Shown here in pieces: positions 1 through 8,875 of a stretch of DNA of 64,000 bases. Below the pieces are notes generated by a model, which made no database searches, had not been told where the DNA came from, and worked only from the letters and a program-made list of their open reading frames with translations. The translations under genes were made by a program, and so were the position numbers. This DNA comes from an uncultured virus (IMG/VR IMGVR_UViG_3300028833_000147) (lineage: Duplodnaviria; Heunggongvirae; Uroviricota; Caudoviricetes). Numbering within the stretch: position 1 is the first letter of the stretch; every line of letters starts with the position of its first letter. The DNA lies in the IMG/VR virus record IMGVR_UViG_3300028833_000147; one strand, given 5' to 3'.

Positions 1-7
1 ATGATAT

Positions 8-83
8 TGGTGGATCATACGGGACTCGAACCTGTGATCCTCGAGTTATGAGCTCGATGCCTTACCAACTTGGCCAATGTTCC
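8..83 (-). tRNA. tRNA with CAT anticodon (Met; initiator-like anticodon arm, Ile2 not excluded)
   Basis: Reverse complement folds as a cloverleaf: GGAACAT...ATGATCC-A-CCA, anticodon arm TCGAG-CTCATAA-CTCGA, T-loop TTCGAGT. One mismatch each in the acceptor and T stems. Confidence 0.88.
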
Positions 84-85
84 AA

Positions 86-162
86 TGGTCCGGATGACAG
101 GACTCGAACCTGCGGCATCTTGGTCCCAAACCAAGCACTCTGCCAAACTGAGTTACATCCGG
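86..162 (-). tRNA. tRNA-Pro(TGG)
   Basis: CCGGATG/CATCCGG acceptor stem, anticodon arm CTTGG-TTTGGGA-CCAAG, GGTTCGAGTCC T-arm, encoded CCA. Confidence 0.95.
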
Positions 163-170
163 ATATAAAA

Positions 171-255
171 TGGTGCTGCTTGTCGGATTTGAACCGACAC
201 GTCGTTAGACACAAGAACCTAAATCTTGCGCGTATGCCAATTTCGCCAAAGCAGC
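171..255 (-). tRNA. tRNA-Leu(TAG)
   Basis: GCTGCTT/AAGCAGC acceptor stem, anticodon arm CAAGA-TTTAGGT-TCTTG, long variable arm, encoded CCA. Confidence 0.95.
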
Positions 256-263
256 ACATATCT

Positions 264-807
264 ATCGATGATGTTCTTACATGACATCTATACAGGGATC
301 ATTGTCTATAGACTAATCCGTTGTACGATTCTTACTTGAACTACCGTACCTAACTTGATTATCAGGGTGACACTAACGATCAGGTCACATCTTCATCGAT
401 TCAATATGTTGATCCTATGTTGCGCTCGTGAGTTGACGAAACCCCGGCTTTCCCTTCAGGCTTAGGTTTAACCTGGCTTTGTGTAAGGTCGACGGTTTAA
501 CGTTCTTCCATACTGTCTACTACAGTGAGGACCGCCTCCCACATAGGCATCATGAGTTCGAACTATGATTCGCTACTAACGATGTGGCCACCATCCGGAC
601 CAAGATCATCGCCGTCATAATGGGTTAGTTGATTCCCACACACCCTCACGACCATTAACCAATAATTGCGCGGAGCCATATATCGTTTCAGGACATCGGC
701 GCAGTCCTCTTTGGTGTGTTCAAACTCTGAGAAACATCCATCGGTCCATGGTTCTTTTTTATAACGCACATGATGAGCGTGTCCTGTGATGTTTCTCTTG
801 GTCCGGA
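264..807 (-). ncRNA. Putative structured ncRNA domains (three stem-closed modules: 264-400, 414-547, 594-807)
   Basis: GC-richer non-coding stretch between tRNAs. Terminal inverted repeats are ATCGATGA/TCATCGAT, CCTATGT/ACATAGG and TCCGGACCAAGA/TCTTGGTCCGGA. Strand is assumed from the neighbouring tRNAs. Confidence 0.4.
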
Positions 808-890
808 GTTTCTTATCTGGGTCATCATGATGAATCTTTTCATTATACTAATCGATTGACATACGATTCAACCAACGCCGTATAACGATT

Positions 891-1006
891 CCAGATCTCC
901 GGTGGTAAATGATGGCAATGGATGCTCTCCCATATCCTGAGCTATCGAGGACCCGAGGGTCCCCGACCCCGATTCGAACGGGGGACTTACCGTACCATCA
1001 TTCTGG
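891..1006 (-). ncRNA. Circularly permuted tRNA-like RNA (T-arm, loop-closed acceptor stem, D-arm); YrlA/Y-RNA-like candidate
   Basis: Minus strand reads AATGATGGTA...AAGTC, CCCCG-TTCGAAT-CGGGG (T arm), TCGGGGAC-cctcgg-GTCCTCGA (closed acceptor), TA-GCTC-AGGATATGGGA-GAGC (D arm), then TGCCATCATT, which pairs back with the 5' segment. Confidence 0.65.
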
Positions 1007-1131
1007 TATGATATAGTATACGTTTTGTGTATCTTACAATTGTAAGAGACCTTGAGAAAGGCATGTGATACCGGCACAATGATAAAGGCAAATCAAACCG
1101 GATGTGGATATGAACAAATATACTATATCAT

Positions 1132-1218
1132 TGGTACCTGAGGTGGGACTCGAACCCACAGTTGTCTTTCGACACTTGATTTTGAGTCAAGCTCCTAAAC
1201 CAATTCGGATACTCAGGC
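1132..1218 (-). tRNA. tRNA-Leu(CAA)
   Basis: GCCTGAG/CTCAGGT acceptor stem, anticodon arm CTTGA-CTCAAAA-TCAAG, long variable arm, GGTTCGAGTCC, encoded CCA. Confidence 0.95.
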
Positions 1219-1236
1219 ATGTTTAAATATATCTCA

Positions 1237-1567
1237 ACCCGCATATGCCAGAGGGATGGTCTTATTGATCTTGCCATCTTTTAAACTGTCTATGAATGAC
1301 TGTTAAACATATGCGGGTGAAATATCACTGGATGCCGAGGGGCCATACACAGACCCTTGGAAATATCCTTGCGTTAAAAACGCCCTAGTCCATGTTAGCC
1401 AGTATTGTCGGCATCCACATCACTTATGGAGATATCTAAGTATCTCCAGTCTCCACCACAGCCCTCGGTAGCGGGATCGTTTTCCCTCACTATTTCCTCC
1501 GACAGGCCATGGATTCATCCCACCTGGATGTGCGCACATCCTACATGGGTATATACAACGGTGGAGA
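1237..1567 (-). ncRNA. Putative structured ncRNA domains (1237-1318, 1329-1417, 1450-1567)
   Basis: Terminal inverted repeats ACCCGCATATG/CATATGCGGGT, TGGATGCCGA/TCGGCATCCA and TCTCCACC/GGTGGAGA, each enclosing internal hairpins. No credible ORF. Confidence 0.4.
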
Positions 1568-1639
1568 AGATGGACGTTGCAACGAATAATCTTTCATCAT
1601 CTTCCCATTACCGATGTAAACTATAGTAGTGAATTTTGA

Positions 1640-1891
1640 TTAATTATTATTATTATCATTATTGATCTTTTCATTCAAATTAACTATCAAACCATCTATG
1701 ACGATTTTATTCAGAGGACCATCATATATCTCTTCAGCTTTGTCATCAATGACATATATTGACAATCCTTGTGCATTTGAATGAATGTCATATATAAATT
1801 TAATTTGTTCTATAAATGAGAAAGGGTCAGTCCTGTTCATCTGTGATCTGTATCCTTCCCAATACACCTGATATCTAATTTTACCAGACAT
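1640..1891 (-). CDS. hypothetical protein
   Basis: 83 aa ORF with an AGGAGG RBS, last gene of the leftward run. Confidence 0.7.
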   Translation of the reverse strand: MSGKIRYQVYWEGYRSQMNRTDPFSFIEQIKFIYDIHSNAQGLSIYVIDDKAEEIYDGPLNKIVIDGLIVNLNEKINNDNNNN

Positions 1892-1893
1892 TG

Positions 1894-2244
1894 TTATTCC
1901 TCCTGCCGTTTGGGATAATGATCTCCTACGTTGTACATCACATATTCCGATTCAGGAACATCGAAAGTGTATTCAACGTATTCACCATTCTTTTCACCTG
2001 ATATTGTTAATGTACATTTAGCCGGATGATATCGAGCTGGCGAGCCTTCTGAACCAGCCGATGTCCATGCACTTGTATAATCTTTGTAGACAACTGTTCC
2101 TTCAGATATTCTGTTTGATTCATTCTTAATACAAACAAACACTATTACACCAAGAACAGAAATAATTACAAGTGCAACGATTATTTCTATGAAGTTATAA
2201 CTGAAAAAGTTTCTCACTTTTCTGCGTTTAGTATCGACCTTCAT
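1894..2244 (-). CDS. hypothetical membrane-anchored protein
   Basis: N-terminal hydrophobic helix IIVALVIISVLGVIVFVCI; tightly packed in the operon. Confidence 0.75.
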   Translation of the reverse strand: MKVDTKRRKVRNFFSYNFIEIIVALVIISVLGVIVFVCIKNESNRISEGTVVYKDYTSAWTSAGSEGSPARYHPAKCTLTISGEKNGEYVEYTFDVPESEYVMYNVGDHYPKRQEE

Positions 2245-2247
2245 TGG

Positions 2248-2535
2248 TTAGCTCTCCATATTCTTGATTGAATTTAATATTGATACAACCGATGCAAGTG
2301 TCATATCTGATATTAAATCATTCTTTGCAGGCTCGTCATTAGAAAAGTTGACCTTTAACTTTATGCTAGAATCAACCATCATTCTATTAACGAGCTCCTG
2401 CTGTTTTGTTAACCGAACATCTTTGTCAATTGCGGGTTTGTGGCCCGCAATGACATTTTTGATTCCTTCCTCGACTGATAATAATCCTTTATCATTATCA
2501 TCGAAAGTGATTGTGATTTCAACTGTCTTTTTCAT
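2248..2535 (-). CDS. hypothetical protein
   Basis: 95 aa ORF overlapping the upstream stop, consistent with operon packing. Confidence 0.65.
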   Translation of the reverse strand: MKKTVEITITFDDNDKGLLSVEEGIKNVIAGHKPAIDKDVRLTKQQELVNRMMVDSSIKLKVNFSNDEPAKNDLISDMTLASVVSILNSIKNMES

Positions 2536-3637
2536 TATTTTCCAACCCCTTCTTTATTTCTTCATCAGTGATTGTTTCCGCATCATCACAGATAATAACT
2601 TTGACCCCAGTAGCAGATGAAAGTTTTTCAAGCTGTTCATTAAAGATCTTCTCAGCTATTGCGTCGGAGTCATTTTCAAAATTATCATCCAACTTTCTGT
2701 TCAGATCAATATATGCATCGTTAGGTGAATTACCAAATCCTTCTAACTGAGACCATGCGTCTTTATCATCCTTGGACTTTAATGATGCTTTAAAGAGATT
2801 AGGACCATCCACCATCTCGATCATTACATCTGCAATAGTATGTATATTGAAGAAATTCTCTTTCCAGAGTGCCATGAAGTAATCGTCATCATACTCCGAG
2901 TGATTCATACAGAATTCGATAAGATCACCCTGAGATATAATGGGAATCTCATATTCTTCACATATCTTGCGTTCCAACTTACAACCACGAGAATTCTCCC
3001 AATCCCCATAGAACAGAACTTCATCTGCTTGACCCAACATACCAATGGATCTACAGAAAGTATACTGGTTGAATGTTCGTGATCCAGGGGCTCCATAATG
3101 AATCTCATCGGGATCATACGGATCAAACTGATTGATGAGTTTTACATACTTAATGGGTCTTTCCGTATACAGAGCATACAGCTCATGGAGAAGCCTACGT
3201 TGCTTTCTTATTTCTTTTATATTCTTACCAGTGTATGGTTGAGATATAAAGAGATTTGTTGTATAATGAAAGATTCTGTTTTGTGGTATAAAGAATTTGT
3301 GACCACGCTGTTTATCTTTCAATTTTTCAATCTGTTTTGGATCTATTTTTTGATCATAAAGTATTTCAATATCATTGTCCTCAAGTGTCACACCATGATA
3401 TTTGAGATTGATTGGTAATTGATCGTATGATACAACTGTCATGCAGAAATTAACCATGACAGAATTACAGAGCTGAACCGGTTTTGTCCAGTCACCATCA
3501 TCATCATGACGCAACTCATATACATATGGGGATCCGGGTATATCACGTCTATCGATACGGTTTTCTGTAACAAATACAGGTGTACCAAACAATATAGCAT
3601 TATACCATGTTACCTCATCATACTTTCTTCGTCCCAT
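2519..3637 (-). CDS. LPD28-like domain fused to a DUF4406/nucleoside-deoxyribosyltransferase-like domain
   Basis: N-terminal RIDRRDIP..YVYELRHDDDGDW..P...VMVNF resembles LPD28. Central LFISQPYTG...ADEVLFYGDWENSRGCKLE resembles DUF4406/NDT-like folds. Confidence 0.6.
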   Translation of the reverse strand: MGRRKYDEVTWYNAILFGTPVFVTENRIDRRDIPGSPYVYELRHDDDGDWTKPVQLCNSVMVNFCMTVVSYDQLPINLKYHGVTLEDNDIEILYDQKIDPKQIEKLKDKQRGHKFFIPQNRIFHYTTNLFISQPYTGKNIKEIRKQRRLLHELYALYTERPIKYVKLINQFDPYDPDEIHYGAPGSRTFNQYTFCRSIGMLGQADEVLFYGDWENSRGCKLERKICEEYEIPIISQGDLIEFCMNHSEYDDDYFMALWKENFFNIHTIADVMIEMVDGPNLFKASLKSKDDKDAWSQLEGFGNSPNDAYIDLNRKLDDNFENDSDAIAEKIFNEQLEKLSSATGVKVIICDDAETITDEEIKKGLENNEKDS

Positions 3638-4349
3638 TATTTTCGTCCTCCTTGTTTAAACTTTCTTTGAATGCATTAAACCTCGACAAAAATGTATTGA
3701 AACTTTTCTTGTATGCCGATTTATATGCTTCATTGTATTTATTGATGATAAACTCTAAGAATTCACTATCGGTTGAACTACGTCTCGTATTAATGGTTTC
3801 ACTATCCATCCACAGAAGTCCACTGATAATCATGACGTATTGTTCATAACTATCAATAGATGGAGTGGCAATCTCATTTCCGTAGAGTTCATCAAACCAG
3901 AATGAATTGGTTATTGTCAACGGATGTGAATGCATCATAACATATCTTGGTCCGATATTAAACCCGGCTGGACACATGTAGTATTGATTGCAGTATTCTT
4001 TGATTGAGAGTTCTTTGAATTCTTTGAAAAATGGTTCACGTCCTTCATACTCAAGACCAATGATCTTGTACCAATCTTCAATGAATTCTTTGGCACCACA
4101 ACTCACGCGGAATGAATATAATTCAATACCTCTCGAGTATTGTTCTATATAGAAATATGCAGCATCGATATTGTTGGTGACAGCCATAAGTTCCGACTCA
4201 TCCAATATCACTGTATATGTTTTACCAGGTTGACGTGATATTTCAACCTGGTATGAATTGATAGAACCATCTGTCTTTTTGAAGATATCTGTTATCTTAT
4301 ATCCCGATTTAGATGGTGCCGTTATATTACATTTTTCACTGAGAATCAT
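3618..4349 (-). CDS. hypothetical protein
   Basis: 243 aa ORF overlapping both neighbours. Confidence 0.75.
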   Translation of the reverse strand: MILSEKCNITAPSKSGYKITDIFKKTDGSINSYQVEISRQPGKTYTVILDESELMAVTNNIDAAYFYIEQYSRGIELYSFRVSCGAKEFIEDWYKIIGLEYEGREPFFKEFKELSIKEYCNQYYMCPAGFNIGPRYVMMHSHPLTITNSFWFDELYGNEIATPSIDSYEQYVMIISGLLWMDSETINTRRSSTDSEFLEFIINKYNEAYKSAYKKSFNTFLSRFNAFKESLNKEDENNGTKKV

Positions 4350-5136
4350 CTATCTCACCCTTTTTCTTTCTTTTGACGCTAGCTCTATGTTCAGCCTGTC
4401 GGAAACGTTTGTTGTTTAATTTATTTGCTTCCTTAGTAACTCTTTTAAATATATTACGTCCACCAAAGTATCGTTTAGCAATTGCCATTGCAATACCGGT
4501 TTCAGTGTCAGGGTGTTCGGTTGCACATCCAGTTACTATGGTAACTTTATTCCGTCCTTTTGAATCTTTATCACTCCATATAACAGTCGTGATAGTGTCA
4601 CCGTTCTTTTCATTTATCTGGATATCTTTAATACCAGCAATACCAGGTATTTTATGATCAAATATATTAGGATAAACCTTTTTCTTCTGCTTTGGTCTCT
4701 CTGTAGGTACCTTTATTTTTGGCATTACTTTCTCCTCCTTTGAATTTTGACGTTTCATGTGATGGGCAACCATCTCTCTGTCATTCATGGCAAATACTAA
4801 TGTATCGATTACCCTAAAAGGAATATTCGATTCCCTGCTACACATATCATACATTTCCAATTCTTCATTCCACTTAATGATCGGGTTATAATTATCATCT
4901 GATATTTGGTCTATAGCCACATAGTCAAGCACACCTACTGTAACTCTGCGTGAGTGATATATGAATTTATAAACAACTTCATTACCACCGCCATTTGGGA
5001 TTCCTACGATGAGATAGGTATGATTTTCTTCATCATGAGTACATCTAACATGGGTATAGCATAATGGAGCGATCATTAAACATGGAAGACTCTTCCTTAT
5101 CACACCATCAAATTCATCTTTTGATAGCATCATCAT
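4336..5136 (-). CDS. hypothetical phage protein (possible internal start at 4725)
   Basis: The C-terminal TTVIWSD...DTETGIAMAIAKR motif is common in phage proteins. A strong AGGAGG precedes the in-frame MPKIKVP. Confidence 0.7.
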   Translation of the reverse strand: MMMLSKDEFDGVIRKSLPCLMIAPLCYTHVRCTHDEENHTYLIVGIPNGGGNEVVYKFIYHSRRVTVGVLDYVAIDQISDDNYNPIIKWNEELEMYDMCSRESNIPFRVIDTLVFAMNDREMVAHHMKRQNSKEEKVMPKIKVPTERPKQKKKVYPNIFDHKIPGIAGIKDIQINEKNGDTITTVIWSDKDSKGRNKVTIVTGCATEHPDTETGIAMAIAKRYFGGRNIFKRVTKEANKLNNKRFRQAEHRASVKRKKKGEIDDSQ

Positions 5137-5160
5137 ATTTTATACATCCTTTCAAGTTTC

Positions 5161-5928
5161 TCATTCAACTCTATCGAGCGCGTTGGATAAGCGTATATTC
5201 TCAAAACGGTCTCTTACTTCTTCAGCCTTACCACAGGTCATTTTTCCTTCACTGCATTTACCTGTAACGGCACATGATGGACCGGCATGCCTAAATATAT
5301 CTGGTGCTACATTCTCACAGAGTTTATACATTTCTATTGCTAAATCTCTTATTTCCCACTGCGCTCTATTACAGCAGCGGAGTTTGAAGAAGTTGAATAA
5401 TGAACGAACATTCATTGTTACAATGATAGATGTTTGACATGCATTCGGAAGAACCATACGAGCATCCTCATTCGCTTTCTTTTCAGCAGCTTTCTGATCC
5501 ATGCCCTGATTGATAAAGTCTTCTATCAAACAGCCTCTGATGCTTTCATAGTCAACCTGAATAGAAGCCATCAGATATTCATATGCCTGTAATGCCGCTG
5601 GACAATTCTTGATACTCTCGGGGATAACATAGTCAAACTGTGTCTCATCAACATAACGCTGAGACTTCTGAGAGTAAGAAGCGATACGATGACGAACCAG
5701 TTGGTGTGAACATGCCCTCGAGATACCTTCAATTGCAAAGGTAAATGTTACATGCTCTATTGGTGATTCATGACCAAGCTCAAACAGCATGTTCAAGAAC
5801 TTCTCCGTCTTCTCAGGGGTGAGTCCTTCCTGAAGAGACTCGATGTCTGAAGAAGAATAACACAGCTTTGCGGCTGTTGCTATTACTTTCTCTGGGTCAG
5901 GTGTGTGCGTAATAAGTTTAACTTTCAT
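5161..5928 (-). CDS. thyX: FAD-dependent thymidylate synthase ThyX
   Basis: GHESPIEH, the ThyX motif RHRIASYSQKSQRY, ARMVLP and AQWEIR. Confidence 0.97.
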   Translation of the reverse strand: MKVKLITHTPDPEKVIATAAKLCYSSSDIESLQEGLTPEKTEKFLNMLFELGHESPIEHVTFTFAIEGISRACSHQLVRHRIASYSQKSQRYVDETQFDYVIPESIKNCPAALQAYEYLMASIQVDYESIRGCLIEDFINQGMDQKAAEKKANEDARMVLPNACQTSIIVTMNVRSLFNFFKLRCCNRAQWEIRDLAIEMYKLCENVAPDIFRHAGPSCAVTGKCSEGKMTCGKAEEVRDRFENIRLSNALDRVE

Positions 5929-7343
5929 TTCTTTTCCTCCATATAATCATAGTCTTTTAAAAATATTCCATATAAAGCAAGTTTATCAACAAGCTCCTTT
6001 ATGGATTTTTTACCAAGGTTTCTAACATTCAACAGTTGTGAATACTGTAATGTCGACAATGTTGCTACATCATTTATACCTGCACGGTATAATGCGTTGT
6101 AGGTTCTTATTGACAAATTCATATCTTCCAATGTGGCCGGTATAAACAGTTTTACATCACCCGTTTTTGCAACACGTAACTCCTGGTTTGTTTTAATCAA
6201 ACCTTTTTCATATCCACACATGAGAATGTTATACATCAATGGGTTATCTGATATATATGAATAAATATCAGGAAGTGTTGCACCAACTGATGCAGGAATT
6301 ATCAGATTTGCAACAGTATAGAATTCATCAGATGGTCCTCTGAATAGTTCTTCAATTACGGGATCACCAACATTATCAGTTACCAATCTGAAACCATTGG
6401 TTATCAGTTTTCCGTACTTTGCAGCATTGCGTAATGTATGCAATGCTTTTACATAAATTTGCTGTAATCTTCCTGCTGACGGATAACCATGATGTGCTTC
6501 ACGTATAGCTGTTAAAGATTTCCCATCGACGAATTTTTCTTTTATAATTATGAACTCCCGTTCATTGAGTAACCTCCTACAGTTAAAAAGGATTACCTTT
6601 GATAGACTTTGTTCATGATTAATTATAAACTCGGTATCTGTTATGTTTTCATTTTTTATAAATGTATCAATGAACGTGTCGCTTGTGAAAACATTTGATT
6701 GTATTAAATTATCACTGTACATTGCTCTTATTACATTCCATGGGAAATACGAAACTAACGGAAATTTGATTTTGTCGTTAGTGATCACACGTAATGCATC
6801 TACGATATGCCTATACTGACACCATCCTGCTGCACCATGTTTGAGTTGATATTTAATAGCAAACATTTTGAAGTCATCTATTGTATGTACGTTGTTATAG
6901 TTGAGCTCCCGTATGGTTCCTTTCATTCTTGCATTACACATGATCTGGTTAATATGATTTATATTTGGATTCGTATACTCGGGTTGATTAAATACCCTTC
7001 TTGATATGTTCATATGTATTTTTTCAACATTTCTAAAGCTGACTACATACAAAAGAGGATATTCTTCCATATACGAATCCTTGATTGAAGGATTTGTCAT
7101 ACCGAAGTAATACTTCATTAAATATGCAACAACTTCGTCTGAATTATAACCCGAATCCCATAGAGACTGACTTATCGCATTATATATCTTTTCAAGATCG
7201 AAGTTATCGATATTTTCCCCATATAAATTTATGAGGTCACGGTCATTCAGTGTCTTGATGAACTCATCGACAGTAATCATTTTGTTTAACCCGAAAATGT
7301 TCTTACTGATATTATCAGCCATTTTTGTTAAATTGAATTTCAT
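5925..7343 (-). CDS. protein with a sigma70 region-4-like HTH and a C-terminal RNAP alpha-CTD-like domain
   Basis: LNEREFIIIKEKF..GKSLTAI...RLQQIYVKALHTLR is sigma4-like. LEDMNLSIRTYNALYRAGI...LLNVRNLGKKSIKEL is the alpha-CTD signature. Confidence 0.8.
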   Translation of the reverse strand: MKFNLTKMADNISKNIFGLNKMITVDEFIKTLNDRDLINLYGENIDNFDLEKIYNAISQSLWDSGYNSDEVVAYLMKYYFGMTNPSIKDSYMEEYPLLYVVSFRNVEKIHMNISRRVFNQPEYTNPNINHINQIMCNARMKGTIRELNYNNVHTIDDFKMFAIKYQLKHGAAGWCQYRHIVDALRVITNDKIKFPLVSYFPWNVIRAMYSDNLIQSNVFTSDTFIDTFIKNENITDTEFIINHEQSLSKVILFNCRRLLNEREFIIIKEKFVDGKSLTAIREAHHGYPSAGRLQQIYVKALHTLRNAAKYGKLITNGFRLVTDNVGDPVIEELFRGPSDEFYTVANLIIPASVGATLPDIYSYISDNPLMYNILMCGYEKGLIKTNQELRVAKTGDVKLFIPATLEDMNLSIRTYNALYRAGINDVATLSTLQYSQLLNVRNLGKKSIKELVDKLALYGIFLKDYDYMEEKK

Positions 7344-7407
7344 TTCTTTTTCCTCCAGTTTATTTTTATATGATGATCATTGTTTATTATATACTGATCA
7401 TCATATA

Positions 7408-7421
7408 AATAATATACATAT
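7408..7421 (-). promoter_or_regulatory. putative early-type promoter motif (TATATTATT-like)
   Basis: ATATGTATATTATT on the minus strand, upstream of 5925..7343; same motif family as 22457, 22481, 32495, 42703 and 50480. Confidence 0.5.
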
Positions 7422-7438
7422 GAAAATAATAAAAAAAA

Positions 7439-7461
7439 ATACGGGGCTTCACGCCCCGTAT
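7439..7461 (-). terminator. rho-independent terminator
   Basis: ATACGGGGC-ttcac-GCCCCGTAT hairpin followed by a long T-tract on the minus strand. Confidence 0.85.
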
Positions 7462-7475
7462 ATTATTCTTCTTTA

Positions 7476-7658
7476 TCACATTGCGAAGGGATCTATCGAT
7501 GGATCATATGGAATGTCCGGTTTCTCAACTTTCGGTGCTGAGGCTTCTTTAATCGTTTTGATTAATTCGATGATGTTGAGATTCAAATTATGTAATTCGC
7601 TCTCAATACCTATCAATGTTTCACTTGTATCATTCATCAGTATCGTCTCCTTTACCAT
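7476..7658 (-). CDS. small hypothetical protein
   Basis: 60 aa ORF ending just before the terminator; the true start may be the internal Met after AAGGAG. Confidence 0.55.
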   Translation of the reverse strand: MVKETILMNDTSETLIGIESELHNLNLNIIELIKTIKEASAPKVEKPDIPYDPSIDPFAM

Positions 7659-7983
7659 ATATTTTTTTAGCGAGATCTTCTACCCCAGAATCAAAGTCAA
7701 TCATCCTTTTTATTACAAAAGGATCAGCAGGTTGGTCCGGTTTTCGACATGTATAATAGTCATTCTTTTTGTCATTCTCTAACATACTGAAAACACCGAT
7801 GATTATTCCGAATATTATTACGGCACCAACGAATTCGAGTACAAGAGATATATTAATGACCCCATGTATCAATGCTGCGATGTTTCTATATCCGAGGACA
7901 CCTATTACAAATATAAACTGCATTGCCAATATGGCACACACAGCAGTCACAGTTGTTTTAACAAATGATTTCATTGCCATCAT
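7630..7983 (-). CDS. hypothetical membrane protein
   Basis: Two long hydrophobic segments; GAGGAG RBS. Confidence 0.7.
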   Translation of the reverse strand: MMAMKSFVKTTVTAVCAILAMQFIFVIGVLGYRNIAALIHGVINISLVLEFVGAVIIFGIIIGVFSMLENDKKNDYYTCRKPDQPADPFVIKRMIDFDSGVEDLAKKIYGKGDDTDE

Positions 7984-8257
7984 TCTCCTCTCTTATTCCC
8001 ATTGGAACAATTGTAAACCTGTCTGTATCTTCAATATCAATTGTTATATGGTCCGGTACCATGTTATCTCCTACTCGTGCGACAACGAAGAAATCCATGC
8101 GATTAGATAGCTTTGTCAAACCAAGATATATTGTAGGATATTGACCGAAAATTTTCTTTTCATTATCAAATATCATATATGCTTGACCTATCTTAAACGC
8201 AGAGGGAACAAATCTGCGTAACTGTACAACTTCCAAAAACTCTGGAGGAGTTTTCAT
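7958..8257 (-). CDS. hypothetical protein
   Basis: 99 aa ORF with an AAGGA RBS. Confidence 0.7.
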   Translation of the reverse strand: MKTPPEFLEVVQLRRFVPSAFKIGQAYMIFDNEKKIFGQYPTIYLGLTKLSNRMDFFVVARVGDNMVPDHITIDIEDTDRFTIVPMGIREENDGNEIIC

Positions 8258-8275
8258 TTTTAATCATCCTTTCCA

Positions 8276-8875
8276 TTAATAGACTTTACCTTGACCTTTC
8301 AGATAATCATATTCAACAGGTGGTTTCATATGGTCCTTCATGTTTCTCATACGATTCATGTATGCATCAGGATCTTTATCACATTCAAGAATCTCTCCAA
8401 TGTTCATTCTGATGATATGCTTTTCCTGACTGTCGGTTTCTTCATTATAATAGTGCATGACATACAGGTAGTCATCTTCAGATGTCTGTTGAACGAAACT
8501 GATACGATCACATGCATGACCATGTTTACACTGCATTACATATGGAATCGTATTAACCTTATCAACATGCTCAAGATAATACTTGAAGTAATTATCATGT
8601 GTGAAGAACTTTGCGTCTAATGTGAGAATATCATACATACAACTCTCATCAGTATCGAGATTCTTAACAAGGAATTTGTATTTTTCATTAGTTCCTTTAA
8701 GCTCATATTGATTCTCTAAATAATCAACAACATAGAATGGTTGAAATGTTTCCTTATCAAATATGATGCGTTCATTGTTGTCCGGTTTGTCACTTTCTCT
8801 GTGATATAAGAATTCTGGCTCAAAGCAACGTATCAAACCACCCCAATATTGGGTTAACTTGTCAATCAGATCCAT
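8276..8875 (-). CDS. hypothetical protein
   Basis: 199 aa ORF with an AAGGAGG RBS. Confidence 0.75.
   Translation of the reverse strand: MDLIDKLTQYWGGLIRCFEPEFLYHRESDKPDNNERIIFDKETFQPFYVVDYLENQYELKGTNEKYKFLVKNLDTDESCMYDILTLDAKFFTHDNYFKYYLEHVDKVNTIPYVMQCKHGHACDRISFVQQTSEDDYLYVMHYYNEETDSQEKHIIRMNIGEILECDKDPDAYMNRMRNMKDHMKPPVEYDYLKGQGKVY

Noticed and set aside
891..1567. tmRNA (standard or two-piece)
   Set aside because: The permuted element has a real D stem and lacks the alanine G3-U70 identity. The TCTCCACCA at 1450 is not preceded by a T arm.
48..1626. Short ORFs overlapping the tRNA/ncRNA cluster
   Set aside because: They overlap clear tRNAs or structured stems and lack RBSs.
5925..7343. 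Genuine rpoA, implying a bacterial chromosome
   Set aside because: Only the alpha-CTD is present, with no alpha N-terminal domain or ribosomal-protein operon context. The surroundings are phage-like.
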